DNA from: a virus
Taxonomy: Duplodnaviria; Caudoviricetes
DNA length: 64,000 nt
Reading direction: 5' to 3' (one strand)
Virus record (IMG/VR): IMGVR_UViG_3300011116_001227
The translations under genes were made by a program, and so were the position numbers. Of this stretch, positions 1-8,686 are shown one piece after another (the stretch's first letter is position 1; every line of letters begins with the position of its first letter). Below the pieces are notes generated by a model. That model saw only the letters and a program-made list of their open reading frames with translations. It did not search any database and was not told where the DNA came from.

Positions 1-170
1 TCTTCGCGGACTTCTCGACAAGCCGTCTGCATGTGAGTTTCACCCGGCTCTGTATGGCCTTTTGGAATTCCCCATGCAACATCTTGCTGGCGTTGCTTGA
101 CGAGTAAGATCTGTAAATTTGGCGCAAATCTATAGACAACAGCACCGCAAGAAATAGTTACATCGGACAT
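1..170 (-). CDS. Nudix hydrolase (3'-truncated at window edge; absent from ORF track)
   Basis: Own translation from ATG at 170: MSDVTISCGAVVYRFAPNLQILLVKQRQQDVAWGIPKGHTEPGETHMQTACREVRE..., containing the Nudix box G-x5-E-x7-RE-x-x-E; starts 2 nt after the stop of 173..709. Confidence 0.85.
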   Translation of the reverse strand, partial: MSDVTISCGAVVYRFAPNLQILLVKQRQQDVAWGIPKGHTEPGETHMQTACREVRE

Positions 171-172
171 GT

Positions 173-709
173 TCACATCTTAATGTGCGAACACGACAAA
201 TAAATCTCTTTGCTACATTCACGAATAGAGTCAGGAAGCATTTTAGAAAAATTCTGGCAGTCTTTTTCTAATAAAAACTGACGCATCTTAGAAGCACTAA
301 TATCAGGTGTTTCTTTTCCTCTAACGAGTCCTACTGCGCTAATTTTCTTTCTAGCGAATAGATTAGGAACATATCGATTTAGTGCGATGTCGCTGTATTT
401 TTCTGAATCTTTTTTATCAGCATATATTGTGTATTTATTTTCACAATTAACTTCTTCTGCCGCTTGTAGTTCTTGCCACATTTTAAGAACGGGCGTTGTG
501 CTTGGGATCAACAACACGTTGTCTGGCATTGTTTTTTTAACGAATTTCTCAATAATCATTGCTGCTATTTCGCCAGTGATGTTGTCGCGCTTCGAAGCAG
601 TAGAATAAAAAACTCTTACAACATCATTCTCTTTAGAAGCAAGTCTAATAATCGCATCATGGCCTGAATGATACGGTTTAAAACTTCCCGACACAAATCC
701 AATTCGCAT
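173..709 (-). CDS. HIGH/HxGH-family nucleotidyltransferase (cytidyltransferase-like)
   Basis: N-terminal GSFKPYHSGH motif and ISASKMR (KMSKS-like) motif. Confidence 0.75.
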   Translation of the reverse strand: MRIGFVSGSFKPYHSGHDAIIRLASKENDVVRVFYSTASKRDNITGEIAAMIIEKFVKKTMPDNVLLIPSTTPVLKMWQELQAAEEVNCENKYTIYADKKDSEKYSDIALNRYVPNLFARKKISAVGLVRGKETPDISASKMRQFLLEKDCQNFSKMLPDSIRECSKEIYLSCSHIKM

Positions 710-712
710 AAT

Positions 713-1927
713 TTATTTTCCAGCTACTTGACCTCTGTTGTACTTAAACAGGCCTAAGATCTGTCCTACCGCTGCGAAATTACCTGTAAACTTGTAAGCA
801 TTTCCTTTGTAGACAAAAACAACTCCTTCTACGGGAGTTTTGATGCTATCTATAGATCCAAGCTTATTTAATTGCTCTTCAAGAATATGACTGGCGATAG
901 GATCGCCAGAAGATTGAACTTCTTGAATCTTTGCTTCGACAGAGGACTTAATTCTATTGACTTCTACGTCGGCATTTGAAACCAACGAAGACTGTAAGCC
1001 TTTTAAAATTTCAATAGACAGTTTGCTAATTGCTCGCTCTATTGGACGAACATGTTCTCTAAACAGCTTGGGAGAATTCTCTACAAATTGTCTTACTAAA
1101 ACATATTCTGATTTATCAACGTATTTTTTAATATCATTCAGCGTAGGCGAGAATTCTTCTCCCATGCATCTCGACACTATCATCTCTGAGACACGCGGTG
1201 ACAGCCTGAGATCTAACGCATTTTCTTCTATCATTGATCGAAGATAATCTCCGATCGTGTTCGAGTCAGAAACACCCGCTCTTCTCATGACCTGATTAAT
1301 CATTTCAGTTGTTTCTCTCAAGACGCTCCCGTCAGATAATTTTTGAAATCTGACAATCTTCGGACCACAAATTTTCCAAGAAGAATTAGAAATTGCACGC
1401 TGCATCTTATTCACATTTTCGATGAGAACATCGACTTCGGCGGGTGCTTCAATTACAATTACTTTGTCTTTGACGACAGTTTTTACTGGCAGCTTATGAA
1501 AAGCAACAGCATTACAATCGTAATTAACTACATTCGGGCTTTGCGTGTAGATTACTTCCGCAGAATACCAGCGATTTTTTGATTCCCCAAAAATTCTTCG
1601 TTTATCAGCTGAAGACAACGTGCTTAATGCGCCTTTAAGAACTTTAAATGCATTGTTAAATGCCTCAGAGACATGAGCTCTTTCTTTAAATTTCTCAGAA
1701 AGATCTTTCTCGCTCATCCCGCCTCGCTTTATGTCTCCGTCTGCTCGAGCGACGCGCAAAGAATTTTCAAAGCAATCCCACGTAAACATGAGATTCATTC
1801 CATCAAATTTTTCAGTTGTTTCTTCTAAACGACCTGCAGCTGCAGCTTTTAAAACTTGCTTCAGATCTTTAAATGTGAGTTCTCTATTCTCATAGAGATG
1901 TTGAAGATGTCCGGAGGCGCCGCCCAT
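713..1927 (-). CDS. Conserved phage protein, predicted RNA-ligase-like (KxDG) nucleotidyltransferase
   Basis: MGGASGHLQHLY N-terminus, TEKFDGMNL (ligase motif I KxDG), EGVVF and YKFTG (motif IV/V-like); this type of gene is often paired with HxGH proteins in T4-like phages. Confidence 0.55.
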   Translation of the reverse strand: MGGASGHLQHLYENRELTFKDLKQVLKAAAAGRLEETTEKFDGMNLMFTWDCFENSLRVARADGDIKRGGMSEKDLSEKFKERAHVSEAFNNAFKVLKGALSTLSSADKRRIFGESKNRWYSAEVIYTQSPNVVNYDCNAVAFHKLPVKTVVKDKVIVIEAPAEVDVLIENVNKMQRAISNSSWKICGPKIVRFQKLSDGSVLRETTEMINQVMRRAGVSDSNTIGDYLRSMIEENALDLRLSPRVSEMIVSRCMGEEFSPTLNDIKKYVDKSEYVLVRQFVENSPKLFREHVRPIERAISKLSIEILKGLQSSLVSNADVEVNRIKSSVEAKIQEVQSSGDPIASHILEEQLNKLGSIDSIKTPVEGVVFVYKGNAYKFTGNFAAVGQILGLFKYNRGQVAGK

Positions 1928-2212
1928 TTATTCCTCGTCTTTTTCGTTCAATTGTAGCGCTTGTGAAGCTCTTCTTGCAGACTTGAGCTCTTCTTTAAGC
2001 TGTCTCACAACAGAACCCCAATGATATCTTCTTACTGATCCACGTGGGTATTTATCACGCCACTGCGTAGCATATGATACTCGATCTTCGAGATCAGAAA
2101 TATGTGTTTCACATCCCCAGCGAACTTTACGATTTCCTGTTATCTCTGCTTCACGAATTCTGCTTTCTATGAGTATAACACGTATATACTCCTTCAGATC
2201 ATTAATTTTCAT
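1928..2212 (-). CDS. Hypothetical protein (MKINDLKEYIRVILIE leader)
   Basis: Abuts neighbours on both sides; N-terminal motif shared with other small ORFs. Confidence 0.6.
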   Translation of the reverse strand: MKINDLKEYIRVILIESRIREAEITGNRKVRWGCETHISDLEDRVSYATQWRDKYPRGSVRRYHWGSVVRQLKEELKSARRASQALQLNEKDEE

Positions 2213-2397
2213 TACATTTTCTCCAGTGCGTTCTGCATTGATTTTGCTAGAAAATATTTGACTTGTGACGCAGTTGGGGTTTGATCAGCATTTAAACCAA
2301 AAGCCAATTTAATTTGTTCTAATAAATTTGAAGACATTTCAATCGTTGCAATGTCGCCAGAGCTTAAAACAATATCAATAGTTTCGGCTGATTTCAT
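2212..2397 (-). CDS. Hypothetical protein
   Basis: 61-aa ORF with 1-nt stop/start overlap with the downstream gene. Confidence 0.5.
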   Translation of the reverse strand: MKSAETIDIVLSSGDIATIEMSSNLLEQIKLAFGLNADQTPTASQVKYFLAKSMQNALEKM

Positions 2398-2400
2398 AAT

Positions 2401-3021
2401 TCACTTCTTTTTAGCAGTTATTGGAACAGGTCCTTTTGTGTCTTCGGCGGGTGTTTTCTTTTCACCATCATCCTTCACTGGATTCATTTTAATAACAACT
2501 GGCTTAATTGTTCTTCTTTTTACTGCAGGTTCTTTTTCCATCGTGACTTCTGAAGGATTGTCCGACGGCTTTATTACGTTAGCAGCTTTAATTTCGCCAG
2601 TGACGATCTGAGAAAGCGCTTTTAAAAAAGTTAGAAGAGCTGATTTTTCTGCTTTGTCTAGCCCTTTGATGTACTCCTCCATCTTATTTTTAATTTCTTC
2701 TTCTTTGAAAGATTTTCCTGCTCGAATAGTGTTAAGCTTTTCGATCACATCTTCTGAAGTGATGTCTCCTGACTTGAGCTTTTCATTTTCTTCTTCGTCG
2801 TTGATCTTGACACTTTTGTCTGACGCACCTGTTAACTTTTTTTCTTCTTCGCTAGTAGACGCTGAAGATGAAGTTTTATCCTCTGTTGATTTGTCGTCAA
2901 AAAGATCTCCTCCTTCAGACAATCTCGAAGATTTAGAATTTTTCTTAGCTGTTTTTAAGCTCTCATTGACTATATCACCAATGATATCGGAGATAGAACG
3001 CTTTGTTTTTAAAGCTTGCAT
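2401..3021 (-). CDS. Hypothetical acidic/lysine-rich protein, probably late/virion-associated
   Basis: ATG at 3021 preceded by GAGGTG SD and ATAATTAA motif (3037-3044). Confidence 0.6.
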   Translation of the reverse strand: MQALKTKRSISDIIGDIVNESLKTAKKNSKSSRLSEGGDLFDDKSTEDKTSSSASTSEEEKKLTGASDKSVKINDEEENEKLKSGDITSEDVIEKLNTIRAGKSFKEEEIKNKMEEYIKGLDKAEKSALLTFLKALSQIVTGEIKAANVIKPSDNPSEVTMEKEPAVKRRTIKPVVIKMNPVKDDGEKKTPAEDTKGPVPITAKKK

Positions 3022-3040
3022 TGAACACACCTCAGTTTAA

Positions 3041-3469
3041 TTATTGATCAATTTTAATTAGTTCGATGCAGAGTGTGCATTGATTGTGTCTGTAATCAAA
3101 ATTTGACATTTCTTTAAGCGAAATACGAAAAGGACCTTCAACGGCACAGGTCTTAGACAAAAAGTTAAGAGAGTATTTGGGGCAGGTACAGATATTTTGA
3201 TTTTTTGTTATCGAGAATATTTCATAAGAATCTAAGATAGAAGCCTTAAAACTTAATTCTACACAATTGTCTTTAGCATCTCTATTAAATTGTGTAAGCG
3301 GACCATCGATAGAAGACAATTGACTGTCATGATCAAAAATAATTTCTACAGATAAAGACGAATCGATACTCAATTCTATGTCTAAATCTTGATTATTTTC
3401 TTGTAAGTCTAAATGACCTTTTAGCGCTTCGCTTACTAAGACTCGTGTTTTATTTTCATCTAAAATCAT
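3041..3469 (-). CDS. Hypothetical protein
   Basis: 142-aa ORF in tightly packed minus-strand run, 4-nt overlap with upstream gene. Confidence 0.55.
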   Translation of the reverse strand: MILDENKTRVLVSEALKGHLDLQENNQDLDIELSIDSSLSVEIIFDHDSQLSSIDGPLTQFNRDAKDNCVELSFKASILDSYEIFSITKNQNICTCPKYSLNFLSKTCAVEGPFRISLKEMSNFDYRHNQCTLCIELIKIDQ

Positions 3470-3837
3470 TGTTCTGGAATGAGAACTACGTCTTTGTAGA
3501 CACTATCAGCATGCTTTGCATATTCTTTATCGAGTTCAGTCACACTTTTAATATTTTTTGTTTGAAGCATCAAAACGACATTATCTTCTTCTATAATAAA
3601 TTTTGCATGATGACCTACGTCTTGCTCGTAATTAAGAAGCTGTTTAATAAAGTCGTTTCGGTGTTGAACTACACGAAAATCATACTTTTTCACATAATAC
3701 TCTTGCGATTTCTTCCAACTATTCATTGGAATGACAGGAAGAGATGCCTTCACAGGATCAATTGGCAACGAGCCTTTTATCATTGGCGTTCTAGCATTAC
3801 TAATAAAATTCTCGTGAAGGCTTGCAATAGATTTCAT
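3466..3837 (-). CDS. Pterin-4-alpha-carbinolamine dehydratase-like protein
   Basis: W...Y.F....DF...L..E...GHHAKF......V.L.T......TELD..YA...D pattern follows the PCD/PhhB fold; HH kept, canonical TH replaced by TK. Confidence 0.6.
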   Translation of the reverse strand: MKSIASLHENFISNARTPMIKGSLPIDPVKASLPVIPMNSWKKSQEYYVKKYDFRVVQHRNDFIKQLLNYEQDVGHHAKFIIEEDNVVLMLQTKNIKSVTELDKEYAKHADSVYKDVVLIPEQ

Positions 3838-4592
3838 AGTAGGACATAACCTCCCACCACAGCAGAATCGTTAAAGTTAGATCCATGCGACCAGATCTTT
3901 AATTTTCGATCAATTATGCAAGATCCGCCTTTATATTCCATGTCTCTTTCTTTGCCTACTCTATTAGAAACAATTACATTTGCTCCTATCTCTTCAGAGA
4001 GTTCTACCCAAGAGCTGTCTGGGAATCCATAGTCTGGTCCCCAATTTGTTAAAAGTGCTAGTGTATCTACAGAGCCATGCTTATAATATCTGTTGTTCTC
4101 TTGATAGAATTTATACGTGTCTCTGTAGTTGTTCATAGCATCACGACAAATAAGAACACCTAAACGTCCCGCTCTAGTAACAACTACAGGCATTAAATTT
4201 TCTGCTGGACTTGCCCACATATAGTCACTTCCCCACAAATTGTGCTTTTGACAAGTCGTGACTAGTCCACTAGGTCCAACAATTGCAGCAGAATTGTATA
4301 ATTTTCCTTCTTTTAGCTCAACAAATCCAAAAATAATATGAACATTAAATTTTTTAGCAATTGGAACAAATGCCTCTGTTTGGTAGCCGTTCGCCGTCTG
4401 AGAACATTTTGCAGCTTCGTAATCACTTCTAAGAACATAACCGCTAATGCAGAGTTCGGGCAAAACAATTACAGAAGCACCTTTTGCTGCAGCTTCAAAT
4501 GCAAGCTGCTGTGCTACACGCAGATTATGATACACGTCTAGCAATTTAGGTTCAAATTGAACTGCAGCAACGATTTGTTTTTGTTGTTCCAT
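3834..4592 (-). CDS. Carbon-nitrogen hydrolase (nitrilase superfamily)
   Basis: Catalytic triad motifs LPELCISGY (Glu), QKHNLW (Lys), LICRD (Cys). Confidence 0.85.
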   Translation of the reverse strand: MEQQKQIVAAVQFEPKLLDVYHNLRVAQQLAFEAAAKGASVIVLPELCISGYVLRSDYEAAKCSQTANGYQTEAFVPIAKKFNVHIIFGFVELKEGKLYNSAAIVGPSGLVTTCQKHNLWGSDYMWASPAENLMPVVVTRAGRLGVLICRDAMNNYRDTYKFYQENNRYYKHGSVDTLALLTNWGPDYGFPDSSWVELSEEIGANVIVSNRVGKERDMEYKGGSCIIDRKLKIWSHGSNFNDSAVVGGYVLL

Positions 4593-4613
4593 TTCTATTA
4601 ATTTAAACTTAGA

Positions 4614-6224
4614 TTATTTGTTTTTTCTATACTCGATATCAAGATCGCTAGGCTCATCCAAAGTTCCCAGATTTTTGACTTCAGACTCTAATTTCTGTTT
4701 AGCTTCTTCAAAAACATCAAGTCTAAGTTCTGGATCATTTGGGTCCGTTAATTTGTCTTTATACGGCTGAGCAAACACCTTAAAGAATTTTAAATCTTTA
4801 AGAATTGCAGGTTCGCTTTGAAGCATTGCGATGTCAGTATCACTAAATGTTCCTTTTAGTCCTTTTGTTTCTTTTAGATAACTTAAAAAGTCTTTTATTG
4901 CAATTGCTACAGAAAAATATGCTGCTGGTTTTTTCTTAAGCTTAAAGTAGTCGTCATCTTTTAAGTCCGACTCAGACTTCTTTAATAAACTTTTTTTGCT
5001 TAAATCAGCAATTTTTGCTCTGAGCAAATCAAAGTCCTTGATGTCTTTAAAATCATTATCTACGAGATCGCTGATTTGATCAAGTGTTAATTCACTAGTC
5101 TCTTGAATTAGTTGCTTAAGAAGATCTGATGTGTATGGTTGTAAAAAGTATCTAAATGATGCAAGATCTTCAATCTGCTCTGGCTTGAGCTTAAGCAGCT
5201 TAATGTCTTTCTCGGTAAAGACTCCATTTAATCCATCAGTATCTTCAAGACAATCTATAAAATCATCGGCAGCAAGTTTAATCAACGCATCATTTACAAT
5301 AGGCAAAGAAAGAGCAACAGGACGCGCCCCTGCAAGGCCGGATTCTTCAGCAGCTCTTACTTCACCTTGTGAAAGATTAAGTGCTTGTTCAATATCACTT
5401 CTTGCAGTTCCTTCTTGACCTGCAGTCTTATTAAATTTGACATTTTTAGGATGTAACTTGCCACCTGCAGCATTTGCTAAATCAGAAACTTTAGCTGCAT
5501 AAGCTTTATTTGCTTCTTTGCTGTTAACTGCTGCATCAAAATTAGATCCAATTAACTCTGCAGATTTGCCTGGCGTGTTATTTTTTAAATAACGTGTAAC
5601 ATTTTTAAGAGTGTTGGCTGGATCTGACTGTTTGACGGCGTCTTTGTTGATTATTCGAATTATATCCGCCACCAAACCATCAGCTTTACCTGCAACTGCA
5701 GATTTTAATTCTTCACCCTCTAGATCAGCTGCAGATTGTGAACTCGCCTTTAGTCCTTTTCCAGCTGCAATGAATTCTGCACTTTTAGGATTAAACTTTG
5801 TAATGTCAGCTGATTGTGCAATCTTAGGCGCAGGAGATGATCCTTTCCAAACTAGTTTTCCTGATGTATCTTTTTCCCAGTACTCAGACAGTAAAATTTT
5901 TCTAACATTGTGTCTAATTGATTCTTCAACACTACGATTCTTGTCTTTCATCTCTTTCTCCTCATCACGTAATTTCTGTATTGACTTTTTAATTAGATCG
6001 TATACTTTTGGTATTTCTACATCTTCAAGATCTGTAAGTGCAGCCAAAACTGATAACTTTAACTCTTTTTTATTTGAAGGAACGAACTTTTCGTTCGTAG
6101 GATCTACGGCAGCTGCTGATGGATCAACAATATCCGAAATATTGACGGGATCTTCGACAGAAGACAAAGGATCTTTATCAAATCTAGATATGACAGAAGC
6201 ACCAGTTTTCATCATTGATTGCAT
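4614..6224 (-). CDS. Hypothetical protein with a duplicated 47-aa module and a possible HTH
   Basis: Long ORF; ATG at 6224 with GAGG SD preferred over track start 6272; internal repeat 5133-5273 / 4761-4901. Confidence 0.65.
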   Translation of the reverse strand: MQSMMKTGASVISRFDKDPLSSVEDPVNISDIVDPSAAAVDPTNEKFVPSNKKELKLSVLAALTDLEDVEIPKVYDLIKKSIQKLRDEEKEMKDKNRSVEESIRHNVRKILLSEYWEKDTSGKLVWKGSSPAPKIAQSADITKFNPKSAEFIAAGKGLKASSQSAADLEGEELKSAVAGKADGLVADIIRIINKDAVKQSDPANTLKNVTRYLKNNTPGKSAELIGSNFDAAVNSKEANKAYAAKVSDLANAAGGKLHPKNVKFNKTAGQEGTARSDIEQALNLSQGEVRAAEESGLAGARPVALSLPIVNDALIKLAADDFIDCLEDTDGLNGVFTEKDIKLLKLKPEQIEDLASFRYFLQPYTSDLLKQLIQETSELTLDQISDLVDNDFKDIKDFDLLRAKIADLSKKSLLKKSESDLKDDDYFKLKKKPAAYFSVAIAIKDFLSYLKETKGLKGTFSDTDIAMLQSEPAILKDLKFFKVFAQPYKDKLTDPNDPELRLDVFEEAKQKLESEVKNLGTLDEPSDLDIEYRKNK

Positions 6225-6228
6225 TTTA

Positions 6229-6519
6229 TCATTCCTCTTTTTTTGAAACTCTGTCAGTCCAGCGTCTTCCAAAGTACAAAGATAGAATTGGAATCATATA
6301 CGCACTGCAAGCAGCTGTATCAAATGCTTTAAAAGATACCGTTCCAATGCTCTCAAATAATGACATTATGTAAGCACAAGTGGTAGCAAAAAAAGCAACT
6401 GTTGCAAATGTCGCTGTAATTGAGGGTTTGCCGTCTGTATTAAGAATCCAAATGTTAGAAGTTTTTTTAGCAGCTTTTACAGGCTTTTCGCGACTTTCTT
6501 TTTGTATTTCTTCGCTCAT
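6229..6519 (-). CDS. Small two-TM membrane protein, holin-like
   Basis: ATG at 6519 with GGAG SD; two hydrophobic segments (ITATFATVAFFATTCAYIMSLF; ACSAYMIPILSLYF), charged termini. Confidence 0.45.
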   Translation of the reverse strand: MSEEIQKESREKPVKAAKKTSNIWILNTDGKPSITATFATVAFFATTCAYIMSLFESIGTVSFKAFDTAACSAYMIPILSLYFGRRWTDRVSKKEE

Positions 6520-6554
6520 CGTAGAACTCCGCACACTAAATAGGCACCAATTTG

Positions 6555-7049
6555 TTATTTGGATGCTTGGTTTACGGCAAAAGTTATTAAAACAGTCACA
6601 GCTATACCGCCCAAGGCGCCTAGTCCTGACCAAAGCAGTCGACTTGGAGTTTCTTCCTGTTTAATTTTTAAAGCGTCCTCTAACACTTTTGTTCTGTTTT
6701 TATAAGCGTCAGACTCGGCTTGAATTACATCTTTTTGAGTCTTGCATTTAGAGCTTAATTCATTTAATTCGAATTGTTTTTCAATGTCTTTGTCTCTCTT
6801 CACTTTTGCAACTTCTAGCGCAATTTTTTCTTCTATTGTCTCAAAATCAGTGACAACAGAGGCAGTTGCACGTGGAGAAAATAAAATACCTGAAAAAGGA
6901 GCAGTGTCGCCTTTTCTGAGAGGAGATATTTTTGCAACATCTTCTTCTTTGTCTGGAGATGGTACAGATCCGCCTGTTGCATTTTGTGCAGTCGCAGGTA
7001 AGGTAAAAGTTATCACAAGAACAAAAGAAATTAGTTGTTTTATGTTCAT
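6555..7049 (-). CDS. Secreted/periplasmic coiled-coil protein with C-terminal membrane anchor (spanin-like candidate)
   Basis: Signal-peptide-like N-terminus ending ATA/Q, coiled coil, C-terminal TM LLWSGLGALGGIAVTVLITFAV. Confidence 0.45.
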   Translation of the reverse strand: MNIKQLISFVLVITFTLPATAQNATGGSVPSPDKEEDVAKISPLRKGDTAPFSGILFSPRATASVVTDFETIEEKIALEVAKVKRDKDIEKQFELNELSSKCKTQKDVIQAESDAYKNRTKVLEDALKIKQEETPSRLLWSGLGALGGIAVTVLITFAVNQASK

Positions 7050-7462
7050 AGTTTTCTCTCAGGCATGATTATCTGAAAACCCATTACTGACTGAACTTTT
7101 TGTGCTAAACCTACAGGATCTTCGCCGTATTGCTTGACAATTTTGGCAACATTAATTTTTTTCTTATTTTCAAACTCCTGCTTGGCTTTGACGTATTCTT
7201 CTTTTGATAAACGCAAATCTTCTTCTAATTTTTTGACATTTTGATCATGTCTAATTTTTTCTTCTTCAAAAGCTTTCTTCACTTTTTCAAGCTCTTCATT
7301 ATGAATCTTTTGCATGCTTTCCATCTGAAGAAGAAGATCAGCATCTTTTCTTGAAAAGAAGGCATAAACTTGCCAAGTGATAATCAAAGAAGCTACAGAA
7401 ACAATAATACTCTTCCAGTTCTCTTTTATGAGATCCCAGATTTTTTTAAAAATGACAGGCAT
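7046..7462 (-). CDS. N-anchored coiled-coil membrane protein (i-spanin-like candidate)
   Basis: Single N-terminal TM (SIIVSVASLIITWQVYAFF) followed by a long charged helix; 4-nt overlap with next gene. Confidence 0.45.
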   Translation of the reverse strand: MPVIFKKIWDLIKENWKSIIVSVASLIITWQVYAFFSRKDADLLLQMESMQKIHNEELEKVKKAFEEEKIRHDQNVKKLEEDLRLSKEEYVKAKQEFENKKKINVAKIVKQYGEDPVGLAQKVQSVMGFQIIMPERKL

Positions 7463-7468
7463 AAAACA

Positions 7469-7855
7469 TCAATTTGGTTTTTCAGGTTTTTTCTTGGTAT
7501 TGTCTAATGTAATCTGAACAGCAGAACTTGATGTTTTGGCAGTATTTGCTGCTGTCGAATCATTCTTTATAACTTGTAATATTCCTGTTTGAACTGTGTA
7601 TAGTTCTTCAATCAGCAAAGAATGTTCATTTACCATCTTGACAGTGTCAGCTAAAGTTCTTGACAATTTTGTGACTTCTACTATCACTTTTGTCAAAGAA
7701 TCAGCAAGATCAATAATTGAATTATTTAATTCTTCTTTGCTTTTTAAAGACTTCTTTGATCCATCAGATTCTTTTTTTGATTTTTCTTCTGAATGTTTCT
7801 GAAGCCAAGTTACTAAAGCAGACAAGATATTTTCATCTTGCTTCTCTGTCGTCAT
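7469..7855 (-). CDS. Hypothetical coiled-coil protein
   Basis: 128-aa ORF with heptad pattern. Confidence 0.55.
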   Translation of the reverse strand: MTTEKQDENILSALVTWLQKHSEEKSKKESDGSKKSLKSKEELNNSIIDLADSLTKVIVEVTKLSRTLADTVKMVNEHSLLIEELYTVQTGILQVIKNDSTAANTAKTSSSAVQITLDNTKKKPEKPN

Positions 7856-8150
7856 CTATTTCCTGCCCTTCTTCGATAAGATTATACAGGGTCTCTGTGT
7901 CAAATTCACTAACAGGCATTCGAATATTTTTCTTTACGCCTTCAATTTGCTCTCTTATTTTCTTTTTGACTATTCCCTGAATGATTTTATCAGCTCTACC
8001 GTTGTCAGACAGTACTATATCAGCAAGACCTTCAAAGATATCTTGCATTGTTAATCCATGCTTAAAGAGCTTTTCTCTCAAAGCGGCATGTGACTCTTTA
8101 CTAAGTTTAACATGCACACTTTTTCTATCTTGAAAAATGTCGTGCCTCAA
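7833..8150 (-). CDS. Hypothetical protein, possible ribbon-helix-helix DNA-binding protein
   Basis: KSVHVKL strand followed by two helices (SKESHAALREKL; TMQDIFEGLADI). Confidence 0.4.
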   Translation of the reverse strand: MRHDIFQDRKSVHVKLSKESHAALREKLFKHGLTMQDIFEGLADIVLSDNGRADKIIQGIVKKKIREQIEGVKKNIRMPVSEFDTETLYNLIEEGQEIDDDREAR

Positions 8151-8686
8151 GCGTTTCCTCCACCAGGGCCCGCTGCACCAGCTCGTGGTGCTGGAAATTC
8201 TTCATCTTCAAATTCATTGTGAGATTTTCCAATCTCGACGCTGTACATGTCTAGAAGATTATCTTTGAATGACTTGACAGTTGCACTATCATAATTTTCA
8301 GCAAGGTAATTTGATGCTCGCTTTAAGATCGTGTCTCTAATTTCAAGAAGATTGTCGTAGTTAGAAACTAACCTCATCACGTTGTTGATGAAATTTTCCA
8401 TGTTGATGTCTTCAAGCTTGAGATTTTTAAGACTATCGTCTTTAGACTCATCTCCACCTTCAGCATCATCTTCGACTTCTGTCAAAAAATTTCTTACAGA
8501 CTGTCTAAAGTCATACGACTCTTTTTTCACTACTTTTGAATCTGATTCATAAGATGCTAAATACCTGTCGACTTGTGAGTCTAAAGAGTCTTCATTGTCT
8601 TTCTTGACACCAGCTTCTTTTAAGATCTCTTTTCTTAAAAAATTACGAAGTTCACTAACTGTTTTTATTTTGAAGTTTTTATTCAT
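8147..8686 (-). CDS. Hypothetical acidic protein (ELRNFLRKEILKE leader)
   Basis: 179-aa ORF overlapping neighbours by 4 nt. Confidence 0.6.
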   Translation of the reverse strand: MNKNFKIKTVSELRNFLRKEILKEAGVKKDNEDSLDSQVDRYLASYESDSKVVKKESYDFRQSVRNFLTEVEDDAEGGDESKDDSLKNLKLEDINMENFINNVMRLVSNYDNLLEIRDTILKRASNYLAENYDSATVKSFKDNLLDMYSVEIGKSHNEFEDEEFPAPRAGAAGPGGGNA

